A stretch of DNA of 63,445 bases from Chloroflexota bacterium (GTDB taxonomy: Bacteria; Chloroflexota; Anaerolineae; B4-G1; SLSP01): assembly GCA_034717835.1 (NCBI GenBank), contig JAYELZ010000273.1:1-63445 (forward strand), written 5' to 3'. The position numbers and the translations under genes are program-made. Shown here piece by piece: positions 18,587 through 27,861 of this stretch. Every line of letters begins with the position of its first letter. The first letter of the stretch is position 1. Under the pieces are notes generated by a model. It had not been told where the DNA came from, made no database searches, and saw only the letters and a program-made list of their open reading frames with translations.

Positions 18587-19633
18587 ATGAATACGAGGAA
18601 ACTGTTGTACGTCATGCTATCCCTAATGCTCTTGTTGCCTCTGTTGTTGGCCGGATGCAAGCAGGAAGAGGTCAGCACTGAAATCAACGTGCTCTGCACA
18701 CCCCAGGAAGAATGGTGCCAGGGGATGAAACAGGAATTCGAGAAGGAATTTGACATTACCGTGAACTACGTCCGCATGTCCAGCGGCGAGGCGCTGGCCC
18801 GCTTGCAGGCCGAACAAGATAATCCGCAATTCGACATCTGGTGGGGCGGGCCGATCGACAGCTTCGTCGCGGGCACAGAGATGGGCTTATTTGAAGCCTA
18901 TGATTCCCCCAACTACGCTAACCTGTTGGATCAACAGAAGTATAAGGACGTGAACAATCATTGGGCTGGCATTTACGTAGGCTCGCTCGGTTTCTGCACC
19001 AACACGGATTGGCTGGCAGCCCATCCCGAAGCGGAAGCCCCCACTTCCTGGGCAGACCTGCTCAAACCTGAATTCGAAGGTCAAGTAATGGTGGCCCACC
19101 CCTCCACCTCTGGCACTTCCTACACCGCCCTCTCCACCATCCTGCAAGTCATGGGTGAGGAAAAAGGTTGGGAATACCTGGAAAAATACGCCGCCCAAGT
19201 ACACCAGTTCACCAAGAGCGGCTCCGCGCCCGGCAAGTTTGTAGGACAAGGAGAAGCTGCCGTCGGCATAGTCTTCTCACACGACATCGTCCACGAAATT
19301 GATGACAACAACTTACCCTTAATGCTGACCTTCCCCTCAGAAGGCACCGGCTATGAGATCGGCGGCATGGGCATCATCAAAGGCGCCCAGCACCTGGACG
19401 CGGCGCAGAAGTGGTTTGACTGGGCGCTTACCGCAGAAACGCAATCCCTAGGCCCCAAGTATCACGCCTATCAGGCCCCCACCGTCAAGGGCGTGGAGCT
19501 CTCGCATCCTGAGCTGCTGGATGTCACTCTGATTGATTATGATTTCCAGTGGGCGGGCACGCACAAAGTTGAATTCGTCGATAAATTCACTAACGAGATC
19601 TTCGCAGCAGATAACTTGCGGTTAAAGGATTAA
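18587..19633 (+). CDS. ABC substrate-binding lipoprotein, FbpA/AfuA (ferric iron)-like family
   Basis: The ATG at 18587 is preceded by AGGAGG. Signal/lipobox LLLAGC. WWGGPIDSF and HPSTSGTSY motifs. The track start 18452 is unlikely. Confidence 0.7.
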   Translation: MNTRKLLYVMLSLMLLLPLLLAGCKQEEVSTEINVLCTPQEEWCQGMKQEFEKEFDITVNYVRMSSGEALARLQAEQDNPQFDIWWGGPIDSFVAGTEMGLFEAYDSPNYANLLDQQKYKDVNNHWAGIYVGSLGFCTNTDWLAAHPEAEAPTSWADLLKPEFEGQVMVAHPSTSGTSYTALSTILQVMGEEKGWEYLEKYAAQVHQFTKSGSAPGKFVGQGEAAVGIVFSHDIVHEIDDNNLPLMLTFPSEGTGYEIGGMGIIKGAQHLDAAQKWFDWALTAETQSLGPKYHAYQAPTVKGVELSHPELLDVTLIDYDFQWAGTHKVEFVDKFTNEIFAADNLRLKD

Positions 19634-19641
19634 CTAGTAGT

Positions 19642-19695
19642 AGACCTCCGAGGTCTTTGTCGATTTGTAGACCTCGGAGGTCTCGGTTTTTGTTA
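19642..19695 (+). terminator. Intercistronic terminator/attenuator after the binding-protein gene
   Basis: 15-bp perfect stem agacctccgaggtct / agacctcggaggtct followed by cggTTTTTgtt. Confidence 0.7.
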
Positions 19696-19751
19696 CTCCG
19701 GCACATTATTTTTGAATCTTCAGCCACACGCACTATCAGGGAGAAACGCCT

Positions 19752-22028
19752 ATGAAAGAAAAATCTCTGGCTACCAAAAAAACCGGCCCCCTAAAGCAAA
19801 TTCTACAACGTCGCTACCGCGAGTTCGTGCTTATCGCCCAGGACCCGGTATTATTCATCAGTCTAATGCTCTGCAGTATTTTCTTGCTCGTCTTTATCTT
19901 TTACCCCATCTTTCAAACCATCAGTAATGGCTTCTTTAACCCCACAGGACAATTTGACCTGACTTACTTTATCCGCTTTTTTGATGATTACTACGGCCCT
20001 CAAGCGCGGCTGGTCTTCCGCAATACAATGACCATGGGACTACTGACGGCCTTTGGCGGCACGTTCTTAGGATTTATCTTCGCTTATACCCTGGTGCGGT
20101 GTGATATTCCTGGCAGACGCTGGGTACACATTCTGGCGTTGCTCCCCACCGTCTCCCCACCCTTCGCGCTCTCCTTGAGTACCATCTTGCTTTTTGGACG
20201 TAACGGCCTCATCACCCGCAAAGTGCTGGGGATGTCATTCCCCGTCGGCAGCAATGATATCTACGGCATGGACGGACTGGTCGCGGTACAGGTGATCACC
20301 TTCTTCTCAGCGGCCTACTTGATGCTGCGCGCCATGTTGGAACGGTTAGATCCAGCCATGGAGGAGGCTGCCGCCAGCATGGGAGCGGGACGCTTTCACA
20401 TCTTCCGCACCGTGACGTTGCCGCTCTTAATTCCCGGCATAGGCGGCTCGATCTTGTTACTCTTCGTAGAATCGCTCGCCGACCTGGGAAACCCGCTCTT
20501 TATCTCCGGCAATGTGATGGTACTTTCGGCGCAGATCTTCTTGGCCATCAGCGGCGAGTACAATTATCAGAAGGCCTCAACTCTGGCTCTCGTCTTGCTG
20601 ATCCCCACTTTGATTGTCTTCTTAGTCCAACGTTATTACGTCAGCCGGCGTTCCTACATCTCCGTCACCGGAAAGCCAACGGGGGGACAACATAAGGAGA
20701 GCAATCCGTGGATCCGCTGGACGTTCATCGGCGTCACTTATCTAGCTTGCCTGCTGGTAGTGACCCTGTATTTAGGAATCATCGTCGGCTCCTTCAGCAC
20801 CGCCTGGGGCGCCGATTTCACACCTACGCTGATGTGGTGGCGGTTGATGGTGACGCGCGGTATCGAAGCTATTCTGGATACCACCTTCCTCAGCGTGCTC
20901 GCGACGCCCATCGCGGTGCTAATTGGCATGGTAGTCGCCTTCTTAGTCGTCCGCAAAAAATTCAGCGGCAAAGACGTGTTGGACTTTGGCTCCAACTTAG
21001 GCGGCGCTATCCCCGGTACCATCTTAGGCATCGGCTTTGTCTTGGCCTTCAGCACTCCCCCCATGCTGATCGTGATATTGCTCTACCTGGTCCTCTCCAT
21101 ATTCTTGGTCCGGTCGCTCTTTGACAAACCCCGGGAGCAGCTCATTGTACTCGCTCTCGGTTCGGTCCTGGGCATTGGTCTCAGTTTCCTGGATGGGCCA
21201 CTAGGGCTACGTGGACTCTACTACCTCTTAGGCGGTCTCTCCATCGCGTTGGGACTTTATTTCCACTGGGGACGCGAGTTGAAACAACGTGGACAACTCT
21301 TGCTATTGCTAGGTGGTTACTTTTTCGCCTATGATCTAAGCGATTACTTGGCCATGCCCATCGCAACTCTCAGCCGTACTATATCCGGCGGCTTTTGGAG
21401 CAATGCCATCTATCAATTCGCCACATACATCAAGGTTCCTTTTCAGCTACCTCCGATTTTCTTAGCCACCGGCCTGATCTTTGGGGGAATATTCTTTGTA
21501 AAACCCGAAAAGGACAACTGGCGGCTCGCGCTGGCCATTGGAGCATTGGCAATTCCTTGCGCCCTCACCTTCACTGACGCACCGTTAGCACTTGTCGGCA
21601 GCCCCTTCATCATCATTGCCGCTTACGCCGTGCGGAGCCTGCCAGCCTCAGTGCGCGCGGGCATCGCCGCCTTACAGCAGATTGATCCGACGATCGAAGA
21701 GGCTTCAAGTATCCTGGGCGCGGATGCCCAATACACCTTTCGCAAAGTGACACTCCCGTTGATCTTGCCGGCGCTCCTCTCCGGGTTGATCTTCAGTTTC
21801 ACGCGCCACATGACCAGCGTCTCAGCCATCATCTTCCTGGTCAACGCCCGCTGGCGGATCGTCACGGCTGCCATCCTCAGCGAGTGGGAACAGGGAGGCA
21901 TCAGCATCGCCGCCGCGTATTCCACCACCATCATCATCTTTGTCCTAATCGCCATCGGGTTACTCTACTTTGTCACCAATAAGTTGTTGAAAGATCAGGG
22001 CAGCGTGGATATAACTATAGGCGCATAG
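19752..22028 (+). CDS. Two-domain ABC permease (FbpB-like)
   Basis: 758 aa with two EAA loops (MEEAAASMGAGRFHIFRTVTLP and IEEASSILGADAQYTFRKVTLP). Confidence 0.8.
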   Translation: MKEKSLATKKTGPLKQILQRRYREFVLIAQDPVLFISLMLCSIFLLVFIFYPIFQTISNGFFNPTGQFDLTYFIRFFDDYYGPQARLVFRNTMTMGLLTAFGGTFLGFIFAYTLVRCDIPGRRWVHILALLPTVSPPFALSLSTILLFGRNGLITRKVLGMSFPVGSNDIYGMDGLVAVQVITFFSAAYLMLRAMLERLDPAMEEAAASMGAGRFHIFRTVTLPLLIPGIGGSILLLFVESLADLGNPLFISGNVMVLSAQIFLAISGEYNYQKASTLALVLLIPTLIVFLVQRYYVSRRSYISVTGKPTGGQHKESNPWIRWTFIGVTYLACLLVVTLYLGIIVGSFSTAWGADFTPTLMWWRLMVTRGIEAILDTTFLSVLATPIAVLIGMVVAFLVVRKKFSGKDVLDFGSNLGGAIPGTILGIGFVLAFSTPPMLIVILLYLVLSIFLVRSLFDKPREQLIVLALGSVLGIGLSFLDGPLGLRGLYYLLGGLSIALGLYFHWGRELKQRGQLLLLLGGYFFAYDLSDYLAMPIATLSRTISGGFWSNAIYQFATYIKVPFQLPPIFLATGLIFGGIFFVKPEKDNWRLALAIGALAIPCALTFTDAPLALVGSPFIIIAAYAVRSLPASVRAGIAALQQIDPTIEEASSILGADAQYTFRKVTLPLILPALLSGLIFSFTRHMTSVSAIIFLVNARWRIVTAAILSEWEQGGISIAAAYSTTIIIFVLIAIGLLYFVTNKLLKDQGSVDITIGA

Positions 22029-22088
22029 CTTCAAGGGCGCGATACAAGAGTCGCTTATCTGTGGTCAACAATCGGAGGATTATAAATC

Positions 22089-23168
22089 ATGTTTTTATCA
22101 TTGAAAAATCTAGTTAAGATATTTCCACCTCGAGGCGGCAGCACGGAGGTGCTGGCGGTAAACGACATCTCACTGGAAATCACTAAAGGGGAGATGGTAA
22201 CTTTGCTAGGGCCTTCGGGATGCGGCAAAACCACCACCTTGCGCTTGATTGCCGGGTTTGAATTCCCCACGCAGGGTTCTATTTCACTGGATGGACAAAG
22301 GATTAACGAACTTCCCCCCCACCAGCGGAATATGTCCATGGTCTTCCAAAGCTACGCGATCTTTCCACATCTCAACGTCTTTGAGAACATCGCCTACGGC
22401 TTGAACGTGCAGCACCTGGCGCAAAGTGAGATCAAGAGACGTGTGGGGAAGGTCATGGCATTGGTGGAGTTAGAAGGGCTGGAAAAACGCGCTCCCAATC
22501 AGCTTTCTGGGGGGCAACAACAGCGTGTCGCGCTCTCCCGCGCGCTGGTCATGGAACCGAAGGTGCTCTTGATGGATGAGCCGCTCTCCAACTTGGATGC
22601 TAAACTCCGCGAGCAGATGCGCACGGAAATTCGGCGCATTCAGCAAACCTTGGGGATCACCAGCGTCTACGTCACCCACGACCAGATAGAAGCGATGACG
22701 CTTTCCGACCGGGTGGTGATTATGAATCACGGAATCATCGAACAAGTCGCCCCGCCGCAAGAGGTATACCGTTACCCCCGAAGTCGGTTCGTGGCAGATT
22801 TCATCGGACGCGCCAATTTCGTCACCGGGGTAGTCAAGGGAATTGAAAAAGGCATCTTGAGCCTCGAGGCGCTCGGTCAGAGGCTACATGTTCCCCAAGA
22901 AGAAGAGCGTTATGCTCTCGACCGTCCAATCACATTGGTAGTGCGGCCAGAGATGGTCCGCCTCCATGAGCAGGGCGGCACTTATACCGCCACCGTGCGT
23001 CAGGCCGCCTACTTGGGCGATAGAATTGATTATCAGGTGGAAATTGAAGGCCAGTTACTAGACGTCGTGGAATCTGATCCTACGCGCAGCGCCAGAATTT
23101 ACCCTGCTGGGACAAAAGTAGGCGCCAGTTTCTACGAATCCTGTATCCACCTGCTACCTGGAGAGTAA
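22089..23168 (+). CDS. ABC transporter ATPase (FbpC/PotA-like, with C-terminal regulatory domain)
   Basis: GPSGCGKTT, LSGGQQQRVALSRAL, LLMDEPLSNLD, VTHDQ. Confidence 0.9.
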   Translation: MFLSLKNLVKIFPPRGGSTEVLAVNDISLEITKGEMVTLLGPSGCGKTTTLRLIAGFEFPTQGSISLDGQRINELPPHQRNMSMVFQSYAIFPHLNVFENIAYGLNVQHLAQSEIKRRVGKVMALVELEGLEKRAPNQLSGGQQQRVALSRALVMEPKVLLMDEPLSNLDAKLREQMRTEIRRIQQTLGITSVYVTHDQIEAMTLSDRVVIMNHGIIEQVAPPQEVYRYPRSRFVADFIGRANFVTGVVKGIEKGILSLEALGQRLHVPQEEERYALDRPITLVVRPEMVRLHEQGGTYTATVRQAAYLGDRIDYQVEIEGQLLDVVESDPTRSARIYPAGTKVGASFYESCIHLLPGE

Positions 23169-23250
23169 AAACTCAGCATCCTTGACAATTAACCAGATAA
23201 TCATATAATAAAATGTGGTTATTTGAGATATTACTAAACAAGGAGTCACT

Positions 23251-23502
23251 ATGAAAACAGAAAAGAGACAACCGCGAGTAATCGTTTTTTCCACCCCTAC
23301 CTGCCCACATTGCAAACACGCCAAGAGTTATCTACAGAAAAATAACATCCAATTCAAAGATATTGATGTCTCCCGTGACCATGCCGCCGCCCGCGATATG
23401 ATGCGCCGCAGTGGACGTCAAGGAGTGCCGCAAATTGATATCAACGGACGAATTATAGTAGGTTTTAATCGCCGCAAGCTCGATCAGCTGCTCGGTTTGT
23501 AA
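23251..23502 (+). CDS. Glutaredoxin-like small redox protein
   Basis: 83 aa. VIVFSTPTCPHCKHAKSYL, GVPQIDINGRIIVGF. Confidence 0.85.
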   Translation: MKTEKRQPRVIVFSTPTCPHCKHAKSYLQKNNIQFKDIDVSRDHAAARDMMRRSGRQGVPQIDINGRIIVGFNRRKLDQLLGL

Positions 23503-23585
23503 CCGCTGACGTCCCACATAAAAAAGTTAGGGCGAGGAGCTGTGGCCGGTCTCCTGATCGTGCTACTATAGATAAGATCTGAAAC

Positions 23586-23622
23586 CAAAAAGACGTGGGG
23601 GAATACTCCCCACGTCTTTTCC
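23586..23622. terminator. Bidirectional terminator between convergent genes
   Basis: AAAAagacgtgggg-gaatact-ccccacgtctTTTT. Confidence 0.8.
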
Positions 23623-23642
23623 TCTAGATAACCGCTTCCTTA

Positions 23643-24566
23643 TTACCCACTCACAAAATCGGCCAACAGTCGTGCGGTGGCTACCGCCGGCTCTTCTGTA
23701 ACATCTACCCAGCGGATTTCAGCCCCGTTGAACCAGGTATATTGCCGGCGAATGAAATCATGTGTATCCAACTTAATGCGTTCCGCGGCTTCGGCCAACG
23801 TACATTCCCCCGCCAGATAGGGCCGCAACTGACTATATCCCAACCCCGACATGGCCGGCAACTCCCAACCATATCCGTCGTCCAGTAGCCGGCGCACCTC
23901 CTCCTCCAACCCCGCATCCAGCATTGCCTCCACCCGCGCATCAACGCGCGCGTAGAGTGCTTCACGTTCCATAGTCAAACCAATCTGCAACACGCGATAC
24001 GGGGGCGGAATACGCCGTCGCAACTCGGAGAAAGGCTGCCCGGCCTTGAGTGATACCTCCAGCGCGCGGATGATGCGTCGCAGATTGTGAGGATGGATGA
24101 ACTCCACGGCACCGGCATCCAACGCCAACAACCGCTGCCAGAGCGCGTCGGGGTCTTGGGACGCCAACGCTTCCAGCTCGGCGCGCAATTCTGGATCGGG
24201 GGGCACATGCGGCACCTGCCAGCCCTGAAGCAGCGCGCGAATATACTGCCCCGTCCCCCCCACCAGAAAAGGCAACTTACCGCGCCGGTGGATTTCCTGG
24301 ATCAGCGGGCGCGCCAACTCCAGGAAGCGCGCCAGACCCACAGTCTCGTCCGGGGCGGCGATATCAATGAGATGCTGCCGCACTTGCGCCAACTCTGCTG
24401 GCGAGGGCTTGGCAGTCCCAATATCCATCCCACGGTAAAATTGTCGGGAATCCACCGAAATTACTTCCGCACCCCAACGCGGCCCAATCTCGGCCGCCAG
24501 ACGGGTCTTGCCTATCCCTGTCGGCCCCATAATGACCACTAGCGGTATCAATGCTGGTTCTCTCAA
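23643..24566 (-). CDS. miaA: tRNA dimethylallyltransferase
   Basis: VIMGPTGIGKT P-loop, SVDSRQFYRGMDIGTAKP. Confidence 0.93.
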   Translation of the reverse strand: MREPALIPLVVIMGPTGIGKTRLAAEIGPRWGAEVISVDSRQFYRGMDIGTAKPSPAELAQVRQHLIDIAAPDETVGLARFLELARPLIQEIHRRGKLPFLVGGTGQYIRALLQGWQVPHVPPDPELRAELEALASQDPDALWQRLLALDAGAVEFIHPHNLRRIIRALEVSLKAGQPFSELRRRIPPPYRVLQIGLTMEREALYARVDARVEAMLDAGLEEEVRRLLDDGYGWELPAMSGLGYSQLRPYLAGECTLAEAAERIKLDTHDFIRRQYTWFNGAEIRWVDVTEEPAVATARLLADFVSG

Positions 24567-24619
24567 TTAAAACTCCTGCTCACATATAGTACACCCTACA
24601 CAAATTGCCCAGCAACGAC

Positions 24620-24802
24620 AGCTCGGGACGGTCTCTTGACCGTGCCCGCACAGCGGGATTAGGCCCGGCTAGGCGGCGCAGTCCCTGACAAGGACAGTTC
24701 CTGCAAAAGACCAGCCACAGTGAACCAATATATCTTTTAGCACGCTGACTAACGCAATTTTTTGATTTTGTCTGCGAAAATCTGCGTGCATCTGCGTCCC
24801 CT
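24620..24802. repeat. Composite intergenic repeat (GGTCTC..GACCGTGCCCGCACAGCG arm plus TCTGCGAAAATCTGCG words)
   Basis: 24620-24659 is about 90% identical to the reverse complement of 61453-61493. 24767-24797 matches the reverse complement of 62771-62801 at 28/31. Confidence 0.65.
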
Positions 24803-24827
24803 CCCGTACAAATCATCCCAGTAACCG

Positions 24828-25220
24828 TCACGCAAAATTGCCCGGCCACGGCTCCCCGCCCACATCTGGATAGAGCGTAATGCGTTGCAACTTCCCCGTG
24901 CGATCCAGCACCACAGCCACCAATCCCAGATGCCAGCTAGGATCGAGCACCGTACACTCCGCAGCCAGATAACGCCGGGCGACGGCTTCCATCCGCGCCC
25001 GCTTACGCGGCGTCACGGATTGTTCCGGCGAGCTGTATGCGGCTCCACGCCGGGTACGCACCTCGAAGAAGGTGAGCTCCCCTTGCCGGACCGCGACAAT
25101 ATCCACCTCACCGGCCACGCAGTACCAATTCCGCCGCACAATGGTAAACCCCTGACGCTCCAACACTCTAGCCGCCAGCGTCTCCCCGCGTCGTCCCAGC
25201 CCCACCTTGCCCTTTGCCAT
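24828..25220 (-). CDS. yraN: YraN-family (UPF0102) endonuclease-like protein
   Basis: GRRGETLAARVLERQGFTIVRRNW...GEVDIVA. Confidence 0.85.
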   Translation of the reverse strand: MAKGKVGLGRRGETLAARVLERQGFTIVRRNWYCVAGEVDIVAVRQGELTFFEVRTRRGAAYSSPEQSVTPRKRARMEAVARRYLAAECTVLDPSWHLGLVAVVLDRTGKLQRITLYPDVGGEPWPGNFA

Positions 25221-25253
25221 CTAGCTAGCGTAACGGGATATCGCCGCCTGTCA

Positions 25254-25391
25254 AATAAGCGAGAAGGCGAGAAGGCGAGAAAGCGAAGAACTGGTGAGCA
25301 ATGATAAGTGCTTAGGTACTTCTTTGCTAACTAGCTCTCGGCAGCGAAGGCGCCATTCGCCAATTTGCCATTTGCTGATTTGCCATTCGCC
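25254..25391. repeat. Long run of 8-nt-period word repeats (GCGAGAAG then TTGCCATT)
   Basis: aagcgagaaggcgagaaggcgagaaagcgaagaa ... gccattcgccaatttgccatttgctgatttgccattcgcc. Confidence 0.75.
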
Positions 25392-25466
25392 CTTGACCAG
25401 GAACAATTTTAACTTTACAATGGATCTTTATTGTTAAGTAGCTAGCAAATAAGGAGCAAAGAAATT

Positions 25467-26648
25467 ATGGATATTTTCAAGAAATGTCAAGGTGGTTATC
25501 AGCCGGCCCAAGCAGCTCGTGCGGCTGGACTCTACCCCTATTTTATTCCGTTAACTAACAACGAAGGGACAGAATCCCATATCGGGGAACGCAACCTGCT
25601 CATGATCGGTTCCAACAACTACTTGGGCCTGACCATGCACCCGCAAGTGCGGCAGGCTGCAATTGATGCCATCAACACTTATGGTCCCAGTTGCAGCGGT
25701 TCGCGCTTCCTCAACGGGACGTTGGAAATACATCTAGAATTGGAACGTCGGCTGGCCGCTTGGGTGGACAAGGAAGCCGCGCTGGTCTTCAGCACCGGCT
25801 ACCAGGTCAACGTGGGCACCATCCCCGCCATCGTGGGCCGTGACGACTACATCATCACCGACAAGGACGATCACGCCAGTATCGTAGATGGCTGCCAGCT
25901 CTCCTCTGGGAAGATGAAACGCTTCATCCACAACGACATGGCCTCGTTAAAACGGGTACTCGCCTCCCTGCCAGAGGAAGTGGGGAAATTAGTGGTGGTA
26001 GATGGCGTCTTTAGCATGGGCGGAGATATCGCCCCGCTGCCGGAAATCATCCCGCTCTGTCAACAATACGGCGCGCGGCTGATGGTGGACGACGCACATT
26101 CCTTAGGCGTCTTAGGCGGCGGACGCGGCACCGCGGCCCACTTCGGCATGACAGACGACGTGGACCTGATCATGGGGACCTTCAGCAAGTCCTTCGCTTC
26201 GCTGGGCGGCTTCATCGCCGGCGACGCCGACGTGCTGGATTACATCCAGCACACGGCCCGCTCGCTCATCTTCAGCGCCAGCATCCCCCCGGCCAACGCC
26301 GCGGCCGCGCTGGCCTCCCTGGATGTAATGCAACAAGAACCGGAGCGCATCACGCGGCTCAACGAGATTGGCACGTTCATGCGTCGTCGTTACCGCGAGT
26401 TAGGCTTCGATATTGGGCAGACCGAGACGCCCATCATCCCCATCTTCATCCGCGATCACACCAAAACCCTCCAAGTCTGGCGCGCGCTCTTCGAGGCAGG
26501 CGTCTACACCAACCCGGTGCTCTCCCCGGCCGTCCCCCCCAACGCCACCCTCCTACGCACCAGTTACATCGCCACGCACACTGACGCGCAGTTAGAAAAA
26601 GTCTTGGAGATCATGGAACAAGTGGGGCGGCAGATGGAGGTCATTTAG
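25467..26648 (+). CDS. PLP-dependent alpha-oxoamine synthase family enzyme (AONS/KBL/serine-palmitoyltransferase-like)
   Basis: 393 aa. GSNNYLGL, DDAHSLGVLG, GTFSKSFASLGG (PLP lysine). Confidence 0.8.
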   Translation: MDIFKKCQGGYQPAQAARAAGLYPYFIPLTNNEGTESHIGERNLLMIGSNNYLGLTMHPQVRQAAIDAINTYGPSCSGSRFLNGTLEIHLELERRLAAWVDKEAALVFSTGYQVNVGTIPAIVGRDDYIITDKDDHASIVDGCQLSSGKMKRFIHNDMASLKRVLASLPEEVGKLVVVDGVFSMGGDIAPLPEIIPLCQQYGARLMVDDAHSLGVLGGGRGTAAHFGMTDDVDLIMGTFSKSFASLGGFIAGDADVLDYIQHTARSLIFSASIPPANAAAALASLDVMQQEPERITRLNEIGTFMRRRYRELGFDIGQTETPIIPIFIRDHTKTLQVWRALFEAGVYTNPVLSPAVPPNATLLRTSYIATHTDAQLEKVLEIMEQVGRQMEVI

Positions 26649-26666
26649 GGAGCTGCCAGCTAGCTC

Positions 26667-27707
26667 CTAGGCGTTACTTTTTATCCGCTGAATAGCCCAG
26701 GCGGCATGTTCGCGGAGCAGGTCACTCCGGGGCGAGCTAACGACCTGCTCCAAGTAGGGGATGGCGGCGGGGTCGCCACGGTTCCCCAGCACTACTGCCG
26801 CATTACGGGCCAATCCTTCCGGCGTCGCGCGCCAAATTGCCGTCTGCCGAAAACGCGCCCGGAACTCCTCAGCTTTCATTAGCAGGAGTTCCGGTAGATA
26901 CAAAGTTGCGGCTGCCGGCGCGCGTTCCCCCTGGTGAGCCAAGAGCGGCTTATGGTTCCACGGGCAGACTTCTTGACAGATATCGCACCCGCAGAGATTT
27001 TCACCTAATGCCGGGCGTAATTCCACCGGGATACTACCGCGATGCTCAATAGTCAGATAAGCCACGCAACGCCGCGCATCCAACCGCCCGGGAGCCATCA
27101 GCGCGCCGGAAGGACAAGCATCCAGGCAGCGCGTACAACTGCCGCAAGCGGGTAACTCAGGACGAGAAGTCGGTTCGCAATCCAAGCCCACTAACGCAAC
27201 ACCCAAGAAGAGATACGATCCCCACCGGGGATGAATCAAGTTGGTATGCTTGCCCAACCAACCCAACCCCGCCTCCCGCGCCCAATCCCGTTCCAAAATA
27301 GGCCCGGTATCCACATAAGCGCGAGCAGGGAAAGCCCCTTTATCTACCGCTAGGCGCTGCAATAGCATTTTAAGTCGCCGCAATAGCCAGCGATGATAAT
27401 CCTCCCCCCAGGCATAGCGGGAGACGCGCCCATGCAACGGCGGCAACGGAGGAAGTGGCGCGCCGGCGTAGGAAGCCGCCACCACTATTACCGAGCGCGC
27501 CTCTGGCAGAATCCGGCGCGGATCGGCGCGGCGAGCAAGCGCATCCGGGCGTGCCAGATAACGCGCCAGCCCACCGGCATAACCTTGCGCCAGCCAATCG
27601 CGGTACGCCTCCCAAGTGCCCGCCGGCCCAGCGGGTGCCACTCCCACCAGGTCTAAGCCCACACCCAACGCATATTGGGATAATTGCTCATGCGTCAACA
27701 TCATCAT
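26667..27707 (-). CDS. queG: Epoxyqueuosine reductase
   Basis: Fe-S motifs CGSCTRCLDACP and CGCDICQEVCPWN, with C-terminal HEAT-like repeats. The ATG triplet at 27699-27707 is the likely start. The track start 27773 runs through the repeat at 27718. Confidence 0.85.
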   Translation of the reverse strand: MMMLTHEQLSQYALGVGLDLVGVAPAGPAGTWEAYRDWLAQGYAGGLARYLARPDALARRADPRRILPEARSVIVVAASYAGAPLPPLPPLHGRVSRYAWGEDYHRWLLRRLKMLLQRLAVDKGAFPARAYVDTGPILERDWAREAGLGWLGKHTNLIHPRWGSYLFLGVALVGLDCEPTSRPELPACGSCTRCLDACPSGALMAPGRLDARRCVAYLTIEHRGSIPVELRPALGENLCGCDICQEVCPWNHKPLLAHQGERAPAAATLYLPELLLMKAEEFRARFRQTAIWRATPEGLARNAAVVLGNRGDPAAIPYLEQVVSSPRSDLLREHAAWAIQRIKSNA

Positions 27708-27717
27708 TGCCAAATTA

Positions 27718-27757
27718 TAAAGCGAGAAGGCGATAAGGCGAATGAGCGCGAAAGGGA
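27718..27757. repeat. 8-nt-period word repeat (GCGAGAAG family)
   Basis: aaagcgagaaggcgataaggcgaatgagcgcgaaaggg. Confidence 0.7.
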
Positions 27758-27810
27758 CTAACTGCCTACCCAACCACCTGACTCCCCGCCTACTTGACTA
27801 ACTTAGCCAA

Positions 27811-27846
27811 CAAAAAAAACCGGGCTGGATGACCTCCAGCCCGGTT
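27811..27846 (-). terminator. Rho-independent terminator after 27862..29013
   Basis: On the minus strand, aaccgggctgga-ggtca-tccagcccggtt followed by TTTTTTTT. Confidence 0.85.
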
Positions 27847-27861
27847 GAAAATGCTACCCGT

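Noticed and set aside
24580-24849. 89-aa minus-strand ORF between miaA and yraN
   Set aside because: It runs through dispersed repeat elements, is Cys/Arg-rich, and has no RBS or motif.
25254-25391. CRISPR array hypothesis for the short tandem or dispersed repeats
   Set aside because: The repeat units are 7-8 nt with no 25-40-nt unique spacers. The copies are degenerate and no cas genes are present.
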